DNA of 64,000 nt from an uncultured Gammaproteobacteria bacterium (GTDB lineage Bacteria > Patescibacteriota > Patescibacteriia > Magasanikbacterales > GWA2-37-8). This document shows positions 38,357-48,113 of the stretch, piece by piece. The stretch lies in the NCBI GenBank assembly GCA_964465205.1, contig CAYXJO010000002.1, positions 26,350 to 90,349 of the forward strand, given 5' to 3'. A program made the position numbers and the translations under genes. Position 1 is the first letter of the stretch, and the number at the start of each line of letters is the position of its first letter. The notes beneath the pieces are model-generated. The model was not told where the DNA came from, ran no database searches, and worked only from the letters and a program-made list of their open reading frames with translations.

Positions 38357-40768
38357 TTATTTAAGTGAGTATTTACTTTTGTTGTTTTTGTAACGAGTAA
38401 TTGCCAGCCAAATGATTTCTTCCACCAAGTCGGCATATTCCATGTTAATGATTTTTGCCGATGACACAAAATTACTATCAAAATCAATAGATGGGTGTGG
38501 GTTAATTTCGATTACAAATGGATTGCCTTCTTTGTCCACGCGAAATTCTACCCGGCCGTAGTCTTTGCAACCCATGATGCGATAGGTATCTAGAGCCACT
38601 TCGGTAATTAATGATTCTAGATTTTTTGAAATATTTTTGGGCGGACGTTGAATAGTAACATTGTTGTAATTATAATTTTGATTTTCTGTCCATTTCATTT
38701 CATAAGGGAAAAATGGCCAATTGCCCGCCGGCATTTTGTCAAAAATGTAGCGCGATAGCGGCAATACACGCAGATCTTGGTCTGTATTGCCCAGTATGCA
38801 AACATCGTATTCCTCACCTTCAATGAATTCTTCTACTAGCGCTGGACCGCCGTATTGATCGAATATTTCCTTTATTTGGTTGCGTAGTTGTTCTTGGTTT
38901 ACTACTATCGATTTGGCGGTAATGCCATTGCTGCCATCTTGGCTAGCTGGTTTGACAATTAGAGGGAAACGCAGATCCTCATCTATTTCTTCATCTGGCG
39001 TGGTAGCGTAATCCCATTTTGGTATTGGTATTTCGTGAAATTCAAGTATTTTTTTCATTTTTATTTTATCCAGACACATGCCCAGAGTCGAGTAGTTGGA
39101 TCCGGTAAATGGTATTTGCAGTATTTCAAGCATGGCCGCCATATGAGGTTCGTAGGTGCTAGAGCTGTTTAACATGTCGCATAGGTTGAACACCACGTCA
39201 ACGTCACTTTCGCGTAGTTGGTTAAAAGCTTTGATATGATCGGAGAAGTCGTAGTAAGATATTTTGTAGCCGCGTTGTTGCAGCATGGCGCCAAATTGCT
39301 GGATTTCTTCGGCACTGTATTGATCCGGGTCCAGATTGTTATCCATACCTTCGACCGCGATACCAATATGTAGTGAGCGTTTATTCTCGGCTGTTACGCG
39401 TTTTACTTTTTCCAAACGTGCGGCTTTGAGTAGAGCTTTTTTGTTTAATACCGCCGCGGACAGGCGAGTTTTGCGCGAAGTTTTACCAAGGGAAGATTGT
39501 TGATCAAATTTAGCCACTTTGTATTTAATGTAGTTCAAAGCGTCACGCAGATTATCTTGCGCATCTAGAAAATTTTCTCCTGATACTGTAAGCCACCCCA
39601 AACTGTCGTATCCTTCTGGCGGCAATAATACCGGCTCACCCACGTCTTTATATAAATGTATTTCTTCAAAATATTTTTTACGTCGTAATTCGTCATCAAC
39701 ATTTAATTCCACCAATAATCCCGACGATTCAGGGTGGAGGTCCCAGCCTACAATATACTTTTTTGGTCGATCGGGTTTACGAATTTTAATATATTGTCCA
39801 GTGGCGATTTTTACTGCGTTTTCGATTAGGTCCAGGTCCCAAGAAGCGCGATTGTATGAGTAAACGTAATCTCCGCCCATACGCAAATTGAGTTCGATTG
39901 GCACTGGGCCTTGCGGGGTAGATTTGGCTTCATAATGCACTAGACAGTTTTCGATGCCGAATTTTTCCAGGGTCTCTTCCGCCATGTCAATCAGAGCCTC
40001 TTGATTGTGTTCGGGTAGGGTCGAGGGGATAGATTGCCCTTTGTCGAGAAAGAATTGATCCCAAGTTTTATTGAAGTTATCGGATATGGTGTAGAACTTT
40101 ACTTTACCATTTTGTAATACCACATCAATATCCACTTCGTCTCCATCTAGAAATTCTTCAACAAAAATATCCAATCCATCAGACAGGGCAGATTCGGTTT
40201 CAGAAGATATGTTTTTCTTTATGTAATTGTAAGTATTAGTTAGTTCTTCTTTGTTTTCCACACGCACCACATAGGCACTGCTGGCGCCATAAGCCGGTTT
40301 AATTACCAGTGGGAAATTAAAACTACTAGCGATCATTTCTAAATCTTCGCTATTTTTAGCCATTTTGTGGCGGGGAGCGCGAATGCCGTGCTTTTCGCAC
40401 AGCTCGCGGAATAGATATTTATTACGAACTTGTTTGGCAACATTATATGGTACGCCAATAAAATTAAATCGGTCTGTTATTTTGGAAGTAAGTAGTACGT
40501 CATCTTCCCAAAAGGTGAGCGCACCGTCAATTTTTTTGTTTTGATCATTTTTAATATAGGCATCAACCGCCTTGATAGCTTCGCTATGGTTGTAAGTGTC
40601 GGCGATAATCCACTCGTCAATATATGGTTGCGCCCAATTTTTTTCTTTGTTGAGTACAATAATATACAGACCCAATTTTTTTAGGCGCTGTAGTATGAAT
40701 TTCTTTTTTGGGGAGCCGGTGTTAACCAGCAAAATTACCTTCCCGTTAAGTTCGGAGTTGTTTTCCAT
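38357..40768 (-). CDS. Double ATP-grasp fusion: L-amino-acid-ligase-like domain plus D-Ala-D-Ala ligase-like domain
   Basis: N-half FPLVIKP..EEFLDGDE..IELNLRMGG; C-half VVFNLC..IPFTGS..DKIKMK..FPLIVKP..GRVEFR..IEINPHP. Confidence 0.85.
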   Translation of the reverse strand: MENNSELNGKVILLVNTGSPKKKFILQRLKKLGLYIIVLNKEKNWAQPYIDEWIIADTYNHSEAIKAVDAYIKNDQNKKIDGALTFWEDDVLLTSKITDRFNFIGVPYNVAKQVRNKYLFRELCEKHGIRAPRHKMAKNSEDLEMIASSFNFPLVIKPAYGASSAYVVRVENKEELTNTYNYIKKNISSETESALSDGLDIFVEEFLDGDEVDIDVVLQNGKVKFYTISDNFNKTWDQFFLDKGQSIPSTLPEHNQEALIDMAEETLEKFGIENCLVHYEAKSTPQGPVPIELNLRMGGDYVYSYNRASWDLDLIENAVKIATGQYIKIRKPDRPKKYIVGWDLHPESSGLLVELNVDDELRRKKYFEEIHLYKDVGEPVLLPPEGYDSLGWLTVSGENFLDAQDNLRDALNYIKYKVAKFDQQSSLGKTSRKTRLSAAVLNKKALLKAARLEKVKRVTAENKRSLHIGIAVEGMDNNLDPDQYSAEEIQQFGAMLQQRGYKISYYDFSDHIKAFNQLRESDVDVVFNLCDMLNSSSTYEPHMAAMLEILQIPFTGSNYSTLGMCLDKIKMKKILEFHEIPIPKWDYATTPDEEIDEDLRFPLIVKPASQDGSNGITAKSIVVNQEQLRNQIKEIFDQYGGPALVEEFIEGEEYDVCILGNTDQDLRVLPLSRYIFDKMPAGNWPFFPYEMKWTENQNYNYNNVTIQRPPKNISKNLESLITEVALDTYRIMGCKDYGRVEFRVDKEGNPFVIEINPHPSIDFDSNFVSSAKIINMEYADLVEEIIWLAITRYKNNKSKYSLK

Positions 40769-40880
40769 GTGTAATCGTGTCTATGAGAATATTATAATAG
40801 ATGAATTTATTTGTCAACAATTTTTTGAGCAAAATTGACAGTTCGTAAGTGGTCTAGTAAGATTAAGGAGATAAATTTTT

Positions 40881-41765
40881 ATGGAGATCAAAATCGAGAC
40901 TGACAAAAAACGTTGCGAAGAAATTTGGCGGGCATTATCGCCCCAGTTTTATTTGTATGATGACTGGGATTTTAGAAAATTATTTGCCGATGCGTACGGA
41001 TTTCCGCTCTATTTTATAGTTGGCTACGAACAAGATATGCCTGTGGCTTTGTTGCCCCTCGAGTTTGATACCGAGAAACGTTATTATGAATATTGGGGCG
41101 GTTTTTTTATGGAATTTAATCGGGTATTTGTACGCCCCGGTGCAAATGTAGATATCCAACTTCTTTATGATGCCGTGCCCAAACCCATGAAGCTAGTTTG
41201 CGCCGAATCTAGCGAAAATAAAGTAAATGGTTTTGTGGTAGATGGCTTTACTTATACTCTGGATATTCAAAATATGCAGGGCGTGGAAGACTATTTGTTG
41301 CGTGAATTTTCTGCCAAACGTCGCAAGAACATTCGCAATACTGTAGATAAAGCGTTGGTGTCCGGATTAGTAACCGGCAAAGGTGATTGGCGTGATCTGA
41401 GCAAATTATTCCAATACAATATTGATCGGTTTGCAGATGAATCTTCTTTTCATGATCAACACGAACAAGAAATTTTTAAACAATTTGCTTCTCTATCGCT
41501 ACCTTGGGAGATTGTCGTGCTGCGGCACGGCGAAGAAGTGGTAGCGGTATCCATTGGGTGCCTGTATAAAGATCGTTATCAGTATTTGGCGGTCGGGTCT
41601 GACTTTGCTCGTGCTTCTGGCGCGGGGACGGTGTTGTGGCTTGAACATGTAACTCGCGCCATCCAATATGGTGCCAAATTTATCGATGCCGGCAGCCATG
41701 ATTGTGGCTGGAAAGAGCTTTGGCATCTTACCAAAATACCCTTGTTTGACAGGGTGATATTGTAA
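40881..41765 (+). CDS. GNAT/FemAB-like acyltransferase
   Basis: FSAKRRKNIR, GAGTVL, IDAG..WKELW; tandem GNAT size; divergent from the ATP-grasp gene. Confidence 0.75.
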   Translation: MEIKIETDKKRCEEIWRALSPQFYLYDDWDFRKLFADAYGFPLYFIVGYEQDMPVALLPLEFDTEKRYYEYWGGFFMEFNRVFVRPGANVDIQLLYDAVPKPMKLVCAESSENKVNGFVVDGFTYTLDIQNMQGVEDYLLREFSAKRRKNIRNTVDKALVSGLVTGKGDWRDLSKLFQYNIDRFADESSFHDQHEQEIFKQFASLSLPWEIVVLRHGEEVVAVSIGCLYKDRYQYLAVGSDFARASGAGTVLWLEHVTRAIQYGAKFIDAGSHDCGWKELWHLTKIPLFDRVIL

Positions 41766-41851
41766 TTTTGGGGTTTGACTTTTGGTGTTGTAGGTATTAC
41801 GATAGAATAATCCAATTGATTAAATTAGAGGTATTATTTGTTGGTTAAATT

Positions 41852-43687
41852 ATGATTAAATTTGCTGAAGGTTTTCGGGTTGATGCAGCCAATCGTCTGA
41901 GAGTAGATAATGTTAAGGAATTGCCAAATTTTATTTTGGCCGGTCGTGATATCCGCGCGGCGTTGCGTGAAAAAACACGCGAGGTCGGGTTACCGGATTT
42001 ACCGCACAGCATACATAGTGCGGAGGATTTTTCTGTTCAGGCGCGTGAACAGGTGGGGCGCTATTGGGTAGAAACCGTAGGTGAACAAGCGGCTAGACAG
42101 GCGACAGAGTGGGCCGGTGAGATTGGTGATGAAGATGAGTACCAGGAGTTAAAATCAAATTTGGTTGACCCTGCGAAATTAGAAGAATGTTTGCAAAGTC
42201 GCAAATTAGCTGCGTTTGAACAATTACGTGTTGTAAATCCAGATGCTTGGAAAACATTATTAATTTATTCTCACGAACGACAGCTAGCATCGGTTGAACT
42301 CGCGCGTCATTGGATAAAAACAGCCGATGACGAATATTTACAACCAACTGGTCTAAGTAAAAAAGAATGGACAGTGTTCTTGTATTTCGCCGGTATTTTA
42401 GGCAAATACTTTGATCAAGCTTATATCAAACAGATGGAGATGGCGGATCTAGACGGAGGTTCTGAAGAGAGTGAGTTATCTGAATTATCGGGCGGAGAAT
42501 CTTTGTATGATTTTGAAGTAGGGGATACTAAAGAAGTAAAAACCTATAAAGAAATGTTCACTTTGGAATGGCCGAAAATAGTAGATCGTATGAATTTTTT
42601 GGCGGATAAAGTCGAGCAAATGGTAAAAAGTAACGACTTGCCAGCAGATAAATATGCAAATTTAGCTGGTTTTATTCGTCAGGCAGCAGAAGCTTATGGT
42701 TCAGAAGACAAAGATCCCGCTGTACTGGATAAAATATGGCAGAATTTATATGAGGCTGGTACTGAACTAATCAAAGATGGTTGCCCAATAGTATTTGTGC
42801 CACAAGGAAGTGCCGAAGTGACAGGCGACGCCGGTAAGGTGGATGTAGAAATGCGTTTAGCTCTCCACACAAATAAAGAGAAAGAGTTGGAATATCAGTT
42901 TGATGGTGTGCATCACAATGCTCAAATGATGGTGAATGAGCGCATTAACTATTTGAATGATAAAAATTTTAAAGTTCCGGATGTGGTTTTGAGTGTCCAG
43001 CCGTTTGCTTTTGGTCCAAATTTACATGCTGTCACTGAAGGTGAAGCGGGCGAAAAGTTTATGCTGGTGAATGTTGACGCCGTCAAAGAGGCGGCGGGTA
43101 GACAATACAAAATATTACAAAAAGTTTTTTCTGTAGACGATATTGATACCAATAAATTTGAACGAGCAGTATTAAGCGATACTGTGAATCACGAATTATC
43201 ACATAATATAATGAGCACTGACGATAAGGCAGTGAAAAAGAGAATTGGTTATAGCAGTAATGTCGGAATTTTAGATGAGATAAAAGCTGACACATTGGGG
43301 ATCGGATTGTCTGTGAATACAACCAGTGATGAAGAGGGTGATAGATATGTATTATTATCCAAAATTAGCACTGTACTGACGTCAACCATAGGCAAAACTG
43401 GTATTATGGAGCGAGATCCGCATTATTTTGCTGGAGCCGCAATAATTGCTGAGCTACTGGATCAAGGAATAATTGTACAGCGAGAAAAACAATTTGTCAT
43501 TACAGATGTTCGTAAAGGTTTGTCTGTCCTTGCCGATTTGGGTAATACTGTTTTACAAACTATGTATTGTAATGAACAAGCCACACCCAAAGACACTGCT
43601 AAATATATCAGTGGATTAAAGAAAAAAATAAAAAATTCCGGTTTTAATAATTTTAAAAATTTAATTGATTTAGAATATGTTAGTTAA
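41852..43687 (+). CDS. Zincin metallopeptidase, M49 (DPP III)-like
   Basis: HELSH followed by DEIKAD; FAFGPN. Confidence 0.55.
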   Translation: MIKFAEGFRVDAANRLRVDNVKELPNFILAGRDIRAALREKTREVGLPDLPHSIHSAEDFSVQAREQVGRYWVETVGEQAARQATEWAGEIGDEDEYQELKSNLVDPAKLEECLQSRKLAAFEQLRVVNPDAWKTLLIYSHERQLASVELARHWIKTADDEYLQPTGLSKKEWTVFLYFAGILGKYFDQAYIKQMEMADLDGGSEESELSELSGGESLYDFEVGDTKEVKTYKEMFTLEWPKIVDRMNFLADKVEQMVKSNDLPADKYANLAGFIRQAAEAYGSEDKDPAVLDKIWQNLYEAGTELIKDGCPIVFVPQGSAEVTGDAGKVDVEMRLALHTNKEKELEYQFDGVHHNAQMMVNERINYLNDKNFKVPDVVLSVQPFAFGPNLHAVTEGEAGEKFMLVNVDAVKEAAGRQYKILQKVFSVDDIDTNKFERAVLSDTVNHELSHNIMSTDDKAVKKRIGYSSNVGILDEIKADTLGIGLSVNTTSDEEGDRYVLLSKISTVLTSTIGKTGIMERDPHYFAGAAIIAELLDQGIIVQREKQFVITDVRKGLSVLADLGNTVLQTMYCNEQATPKDTAKYISGLKKKIKNSGFNNFKNLIDLEYVS

Positions 43688-44639
43688 ACAAATATTTGCA
43701 TTGGGATTAAAGTTGGGTATGGCTGCCGATCCGCGCGGTACCAAAGGTGTAAGCTCGTATTTAGCAAATGTAAAAAAAGAATTTGATAATTTGAAGCCTA
43801 AGGATAAACCGTATTTTGATGAGGAGCGCCTAAACAACCCCTATGTGGACAGTCGAGTGCATGTGGATGATGGTAAGACCGAAGTTAAACGTGTTTTGAC
43901 TGGTATTGATATTGGCGATGGCGAAATAATGCTGGCGTCACAGTTGGGCGAGCGCAATAAAAAAATTGACTTGGTGATTGCACACCATCCCATTGGTCGG
44001 GGTTTGGCCGATTTGCATGGAGTGATGGATATGACGGTAACTGTTTGGGAAAAAATGGGCGTGCCGGTGCATGTCGCCGAAAAAATTATGGAAGAGCGCG
44101 TGCGCGAGGTGGGGCGTGGCGTACATCCAGCCAATCATTATCGCCTCATCAACATGGCCGAACTTCTCAAAGTAAATTTGATCAATACCCATACCATTAC
44201 GGATAATTTGGTGAATAATTTTTTGCAAGAATTTCTAACGAAGCGCGCACCCCACACGATTGGTGATTTGGTAGATTGTCTGCTCGAAATTCCGGAATAT
44301 AGTGAAGCCAAAAAACGCGGCGCTGGTCCCAGTTTGTTTGCTGGCAGCCCCAAACACCGTGTGGGTAAATGGCTACTCGAAATGACCGGTGGCACCAATC
44401 CGAGTGATAAAGTGTATAAAGAGCTCTCTAATTACGGCATTTCCACTATTATCGGCATGCACATGAAAGATGGCGCGCGCGATATTGCCAATGAACATCA
44501 TATGAATGTGGTAATTGCCGGGCATATGGCTTCGGATTCGCTCGGCATGAATTTATTTTTGGACGAGCTCGAGAAAAAAGGTATTGAGATTGTGCCGTGC
44601 AGCGGTCTTATTCGTGTGAATAGAAATAAGAAAAAATAA
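43677..44639 (+). CDS. NIF3-like metal-binding protein
   Basis: IAHHP, HTITDN, IAGHMASDSLGMN. Confidence 0.85.
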   Translation: MLVKQIFALGLKLGMAADPRGTKGVSSYLANVKKEFDNLKPKDKPYFDEERLNNPYVDSRVHVDDGKTEVKRVLTGIDIGDGEIMLASQLGERNKKIDLVIAHHPIGRGLADLHGVMDMTVTVWEKMGVPVHVAEKIMEERVREVGRGVHPANHYRLINMAELLKVNLINTHTITDNLVNNFLQEFLTKRAPHTIGDLVDCLLEIPEYSEAKKRGAGPSLFAGSPKHRVGKWLLEMTGGTNPSDKVYKELSNYGISTIIGMHMKDGARDIANEHHMNVVIAGHMASDSLGMNLFLDELEKKGIEIVPCSGLIRVNRNKKK

Positions 44640-44643
44640 TTTT

Positions 44644-44823
44644 ATGCCTATAGAGTTTATTTTGTTGACATTAGTGGCGAGTGGGCTGATGATTATGATT
44701 GTCAGATTATTATTGATATTTACCAAAAGACACAATTTCAAAAAATTTTTAATATGGGGGGTTTTGGTATGGGTTTTATTTATTATGGCTTTATTTTTGG
44801 TTGGATCAAAAATACATTTTTGA
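44644..44823 (+). CDS. 59-aa two-TM membrane protein (not in the ORF track)
   Basis: MPIEFILLTLVASGLMIMIVRLLLIFTKRHNFKKFLIWGVLVWVLFIMALFLVGSKIHF; fills the gap between the NIF3 gene and ruvA. Confidence 0.7.
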   Translation: MPIEFILLTLVASGLMIMIVRLLLIFTKRHNFKKFLIWGVLVWVLFIMALFLVGSKIHF

Positions 44824-44824
44824 T

Positions 44825-45391
44825 ATGATTAGTATTATAAAGGGTTTTGTTTTACAGAATTCTGGTACAGAAATTATAGTGATGACTTCGTCAGGTGTTG
44901 GTTATAATATTTTTGTCAGTCCGGCGCGTAGCGATGTGTGGAAGGTGGGGGCTGAGGCAGAAATTTTGACCTGTCATATTGTGCGCGAAGACAGCCAAGA
45001 GTTATTTGGGTTTGGCAATGAGACCGAAAGAGAGTTGTTCAATAAATTATTATCCGTGTCCGGGATTGGTCCCAAAAGCGCTCTGCGTCTGATGTCGCTC
45101 GGAACGGTAGAGGAGATCGGTGCAGCCATCAATCGTGGGGACTTGGTGTATTTGACCAAAGTGAGCGGTATTGGCAGTAAAACAGCCGAGAGGATTGTGG
45201 TGGAATTACGTGGGAAGATCGGCAAAAATGTAGAAATCATTGAAGGGGGAGATGTACTGGGCGATGTGGTGGAGGGTTTGATGGCTCTCGGCTATTCTGC
45301 ATCCGAGGCGCGAGCGGTTGTGAAGCCGCTTAATTCTGCTGGTAAAACCAGCGAGCAATTACTCAAAGAAGCGTTACAAAAAATGAAATAA
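44825..45391 (+). CDS. ruvA: Holliday junction branch migration protein RuvA
   Basis: GVGY, LFGF, VSGIGPKSA, VSGIGSKTAERIVVELR, ALGYS. Confidence 0.96.
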   Translation: MISIIKGFVLQNSGTEIIVMTSSGVGYNIFVSPARSDVWKVGAEAEILTCHIVREDSQELFGFGNETERELFNKLLSVSGIGPKSALRLMSLGTVEEIGAAINRGDLVYLTKVSGIGSKTAERIVVELRGKIGKNVEIIEGGDVLGDVVEGLMALGYSASEARAVVKPLNSAGKTSEQLLKEALQKMK

Positions 45392-45404
45392 CAAGGAGGC
45401 AAAG

Positions 45405-45512
45405 ATGCACATTTTTTTGGCCCTCTTGGCGGGGGTATCGTTTGTGGGAGGTTTGTGGTCTGGTTACAAATTGTTCCGACTTTTTTGTCGGACACGTTCG
45501 GGGCTAAAATAG
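45405..45512 (+). CDS. 35-aa single-TM peptide with basic tail (not in the ORF track)
   Basis: SD AAGGAGG at 45393-45399; MHIFLALLAGVSFVGGLWSGYKLFRLFCRTRSGLK; stop lies within the ggggct/agcccc terminator. Confidence 0.55.
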   Translation: MHIFLALLAGVSFVGGLWSGYKLFRLFCRTRSGLK

Positions 45513-45534
45513 CCCCTCTTTTATTTTGGTAAAT

Positions 45535-46482
45535 TTATATTGTTTTCCCCAGTAGCCAAAGAATAATCGCTTTTTGAATATGTTTGCGATTTTCCGCTTG
45601 GTCAAAAATGATGGAATTTTTATGATCAATGGCGTCGCGGGTGATCTCATAGCCGATATGGCAGGGCATGCAGTGCATGATTTTGCATTGGGGCGCGTAG
45701 TTATGAATCAATGCAGTATTCAATTGGAACGGCATAAAAGTGGATTTGCGACGTTGATATTCAGATTCGAATTCCGGCACTACTTTGCCGTCTTTGAAAA
45801 ATTCCATATCCATCCAAGTGTCTGTGTGGACGTAATCGCTGTTGGTCATTGCCTCTTTCAGGTCAGTGGTATAAGTGACCATACCAGTGTCATTAGCCAT
45901 TTTGTTTAATGCTTCGTCCACACTGGGGCCGTTGGCTTCGGGTGCGGCTATGGCCACTTTGATGCCCAACTTCGCGCAGGCTAGTTTTAGGGTATTTGAA
46001 ACGTTGTTTTCAATTCCGAGCCAGGTAATTTTTTTCACATTTTCCAACCCTCCGGAATGTTCAGACATGGTAAGAATATCCCCGAGCGCTTGGCAAGGGT
46101 GGTATTTTTCACTACAAGCGTCGATAACCGGTATTTGGCTATAAGACGCCGCTTGTTCGACATCAGCCGCCTTGAGAGCGCGCATCATGAGTACATCGCC
46201 GAAACGCATCACCGCGCGAATTTCGTCGCCAAAATCCGTGAGAGCGAATTGAGTGTTGCGCGCATCCAAATAAATTCCGTGGCCGCCCAGCTCTGTCATA
46301 CCGGCTTCAAATGACAATCTGGTGCGGGTTGAAGTTTTTTGGAACAACATGATTAGGGTTTGGTTTGGCAGTATGTCCACTGTCTCGCCGGCTTTGTATT
46401 TGGCTTTTAACCTTTGGGCAATTCCCAAAATTTCTAAAATATCTTCTCGACTTTGTTCTTTGAGCGATATAAGGTGACGCAT
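45535..46482 (-). CDS. argF: Ornithine carbamoyltransferase family protein (divergent)
   Basis: STRTR, HPCQ, HCMP, DQAENR; atypical GIENN and WMDME. Confidence 0.75.
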   Translation of the reverse strand: MRHLISLKEQSREDILEILGIAQRLKAKYKAGETVDILPNQTLIMLFQKTSTRTRLSFEAGMTELGGHGIYLDARNTQFALTDFGDEIRAVMRFGDVLMMRALKAADVEQAASYSQIPVIDACSEKYHPCQALGDILTMSEHSGGLENVKKITWLGIENNVSNTLKLACAKLGIKVAIAAPEANGPSVDEALNKMANDTGMVTYTTDLKEAMTNSDYVHTDTWMDMEFFKDGKVVPEFESEYQRRKSTFMPFQLNTALIHNYAPQCKIMHCMPCHIGYEITRDAIDHKNSIIFDQAENRKHIQKAIILWLLGKTI

Positions 46483-46485
46483 AAA

Positions 46486-46959
46486 TTAGATTTTATAATC
46501 TTTAATTTCATCTTGCGAATAGGTGCGTTCGCAATAATGACATTTTAATTGTACCATTTTTTCGGCCTGTACGTGAAATATGGTATTCATGGGTTCGTGA
46601 TTAGTAATGCATTTGATATTGGGACACACAATCAACTGTTCAATTGTATCTGGAATTTCCGCTTGAAATTTTTTGTATATTTCAAAGTTGCGAATAATGT
46701 TTATGGTGGCTTCGGGCGCGAGAATCGCTACGCGAGATATTTCCTCTGGGGTTAACTCGCGATTTTCCACTTTGATCAAGTCTTTAAATTTTAATTTTTT
46801 ACTGGGAAAATTTAATCCCACACTGACAATGTGGTTGTCGCTGGCCAAATTGAGGATGCGAATTATTTTGAGTGCTTGTCCGGCGGCGATGTGGTCAATA
46901 GCCGTACCGTCTTTGATGGCAAATACCTTGAACGCGCGTAGATTGTTTTGCGGTTTCAT
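46486..46959 (-). CDS. pyrI: Aspartate carbamoyltransferase regulatory chain
   Basis: AIKDGTAIDHI, KDLIKVE, CPNIKCITN...CHYCE. Confidence 0.96.
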   Translation of the reverse strand: MKPQNNLRAFKVFAIKDGTAIDHIAAGQALKIIRILNLASDNHIVSVGLNFPSKKLKFKDLIKVENRELTPEEISRVAILAPEATINIIRNFEIYKKFQAEIPDTIEQLIVCPNIKCITNHEPMNTIFHVQAEKMVQLKCHYCERTYSQDEIKDYKI

Positions 46960-46976
46960 ATTGAGTGAGTAATTAA

Positions 46977-47903
46977 TTATGATAATTTACTAAGTACCAG
47001 TGCCAGTATTGCTTGTCGGACGAATAGGCCATTCTCGGCTTGTTCAAAATAATAGGCGTGTTTGGTTTTGTCCACGTCCGTTGATATTTCGTTTACCCGT
47101 GGCAGGGGATGAAGTATCCTCAAATTAGGCTTGGCATCACCGAGCATGTTTGTGTTTAGCACAAAGGCGTTTTTTACCCGTTCGTAATCCATCGGATCGG
47201 CAAAACGCTCTCCTTGGATGCGGGTCATGTATAGGATATCCACTTTGTTGATTACTTCTTCAATTTTTTTATGTAAAGAAAATTTAATTTTTTTAGATTT
47301 TAGTTCACTGCAGATGTGGCTAGGCATTTGCAGTACTTCGGGTGCTACCAGATATAAAGTAGTGTTAAAATGAGTGAGGGCTTGAGCAAGCGAATGCACA
47401 GTGCGACCGTATTTGAGGTCACCTACTAGCGCGATTTTGAGGCCGGTCAATTTTTTTTGTGTTTCCAAAATTGTAAATAGGTCTAAAAGGGTTTGAGTGG
47501 GGTGTTGGTTGGCGCCATCGCCGCCGTTGATGATTGGTTTATTAGTAGCTTCGGCCGCGCGGCGAGCCGCCCCCTCAATGGGGTGGCGCATGGCTATAAC
47601 ATCTACGTATTGGCCAATTATTTTGACCGCATCATATAATGATTCGCCTTTTTTGGCACTAGTGACAGCGGGATCGGCAAATCCAATCACTCGGCCGCCT
47701 AGCCGTTGCATGGCAGTCTCGAACGATAGGCGGGTGCGCGTGCTTGGTTCGAAGAAGCACGACCCCATCACTTGGCCGTCTAATAGTTTCGGCTGGTTTT
47801 TTTTCTTCAATTCACCAGCGACTTTCAAGATGTGTAGTATCTCTTCTTTGGATAGTTCCGGGATCGAGATAATGTCCCGTCCGAATAGCATTGGTTTGGG
47901 CAT
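46977..47903 (-). CDS. pyrB: Aspartate carbamoyltransferase catalytic chain
   Basis: [30 protein letters not shown]; start probably MPKPML (47903). Confidence 0.97.
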   Translation of the reverse strand: MPKPMLFGRDIISIPELSKEEILHILKVAGELKKKNQPKLLDGQVMGSCFFEPSTRTRLSFETAMQRLGGRVIGFADPAVTSAKKGESLYDAVKIIGQYVDVIAMRHPIEGAARRAAEATNKPIINGGDGANQHPTQTLLDLFTILETQKKLTGLKIALVGDLKYGRTVHSLAQALTHFNTTLYLVAPEVLQMPSHICSELKSKKIKFSLHKKIEEVINKVDILYMTRIQGERFADPMDYERVKNAFVLNTNMLGDAKPNLRILHPLPRVNEISTDVDKTKHAYYFEQAENGLFVRQAILALVLSKLS

Positions 47904-47907
47904 ATGT

Positions 47908-47932
47908 AAAAAAATACCGCCTCGGGGGCGGT
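47908..47932 (-). terminator. Attenuator terminator just upstream of pyrB
   Basis: ACCGCC-cccga-GGCGGU followed by AUUUUUUU. Confidence 0.8.
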
Positions 47933-47934
47933 GA

Positions 47935-47991
47935 CTAAAAAAATAAACAAATAGAGTCTTGGTGGTCTTGGAGAAAAATGGCATTAATCAT
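47935..47991 (-). CDS. Putative pyrL-type leader peptide [18 protein letters not shown]
   Basis: Follows promoter TTGTGC-17-TATACT (48032-48004); U-rich 3' half; stop 2 nt before the terminator. Confidence 0.6.
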   Translation of the reverse strand: MINAIFLQDHQDSICLFF

Positions 47992-48113
47992 ATCTAATAA
48001 TAAAGTATAACAGACAGAGTGTGACGGCACAAGTAATACTTATCCACAGTATTTTAAATGATAATTTTGCAACATTTAATCACTAAAACCGCGCCTCGGA
48101 GCGCGGTCATTTT

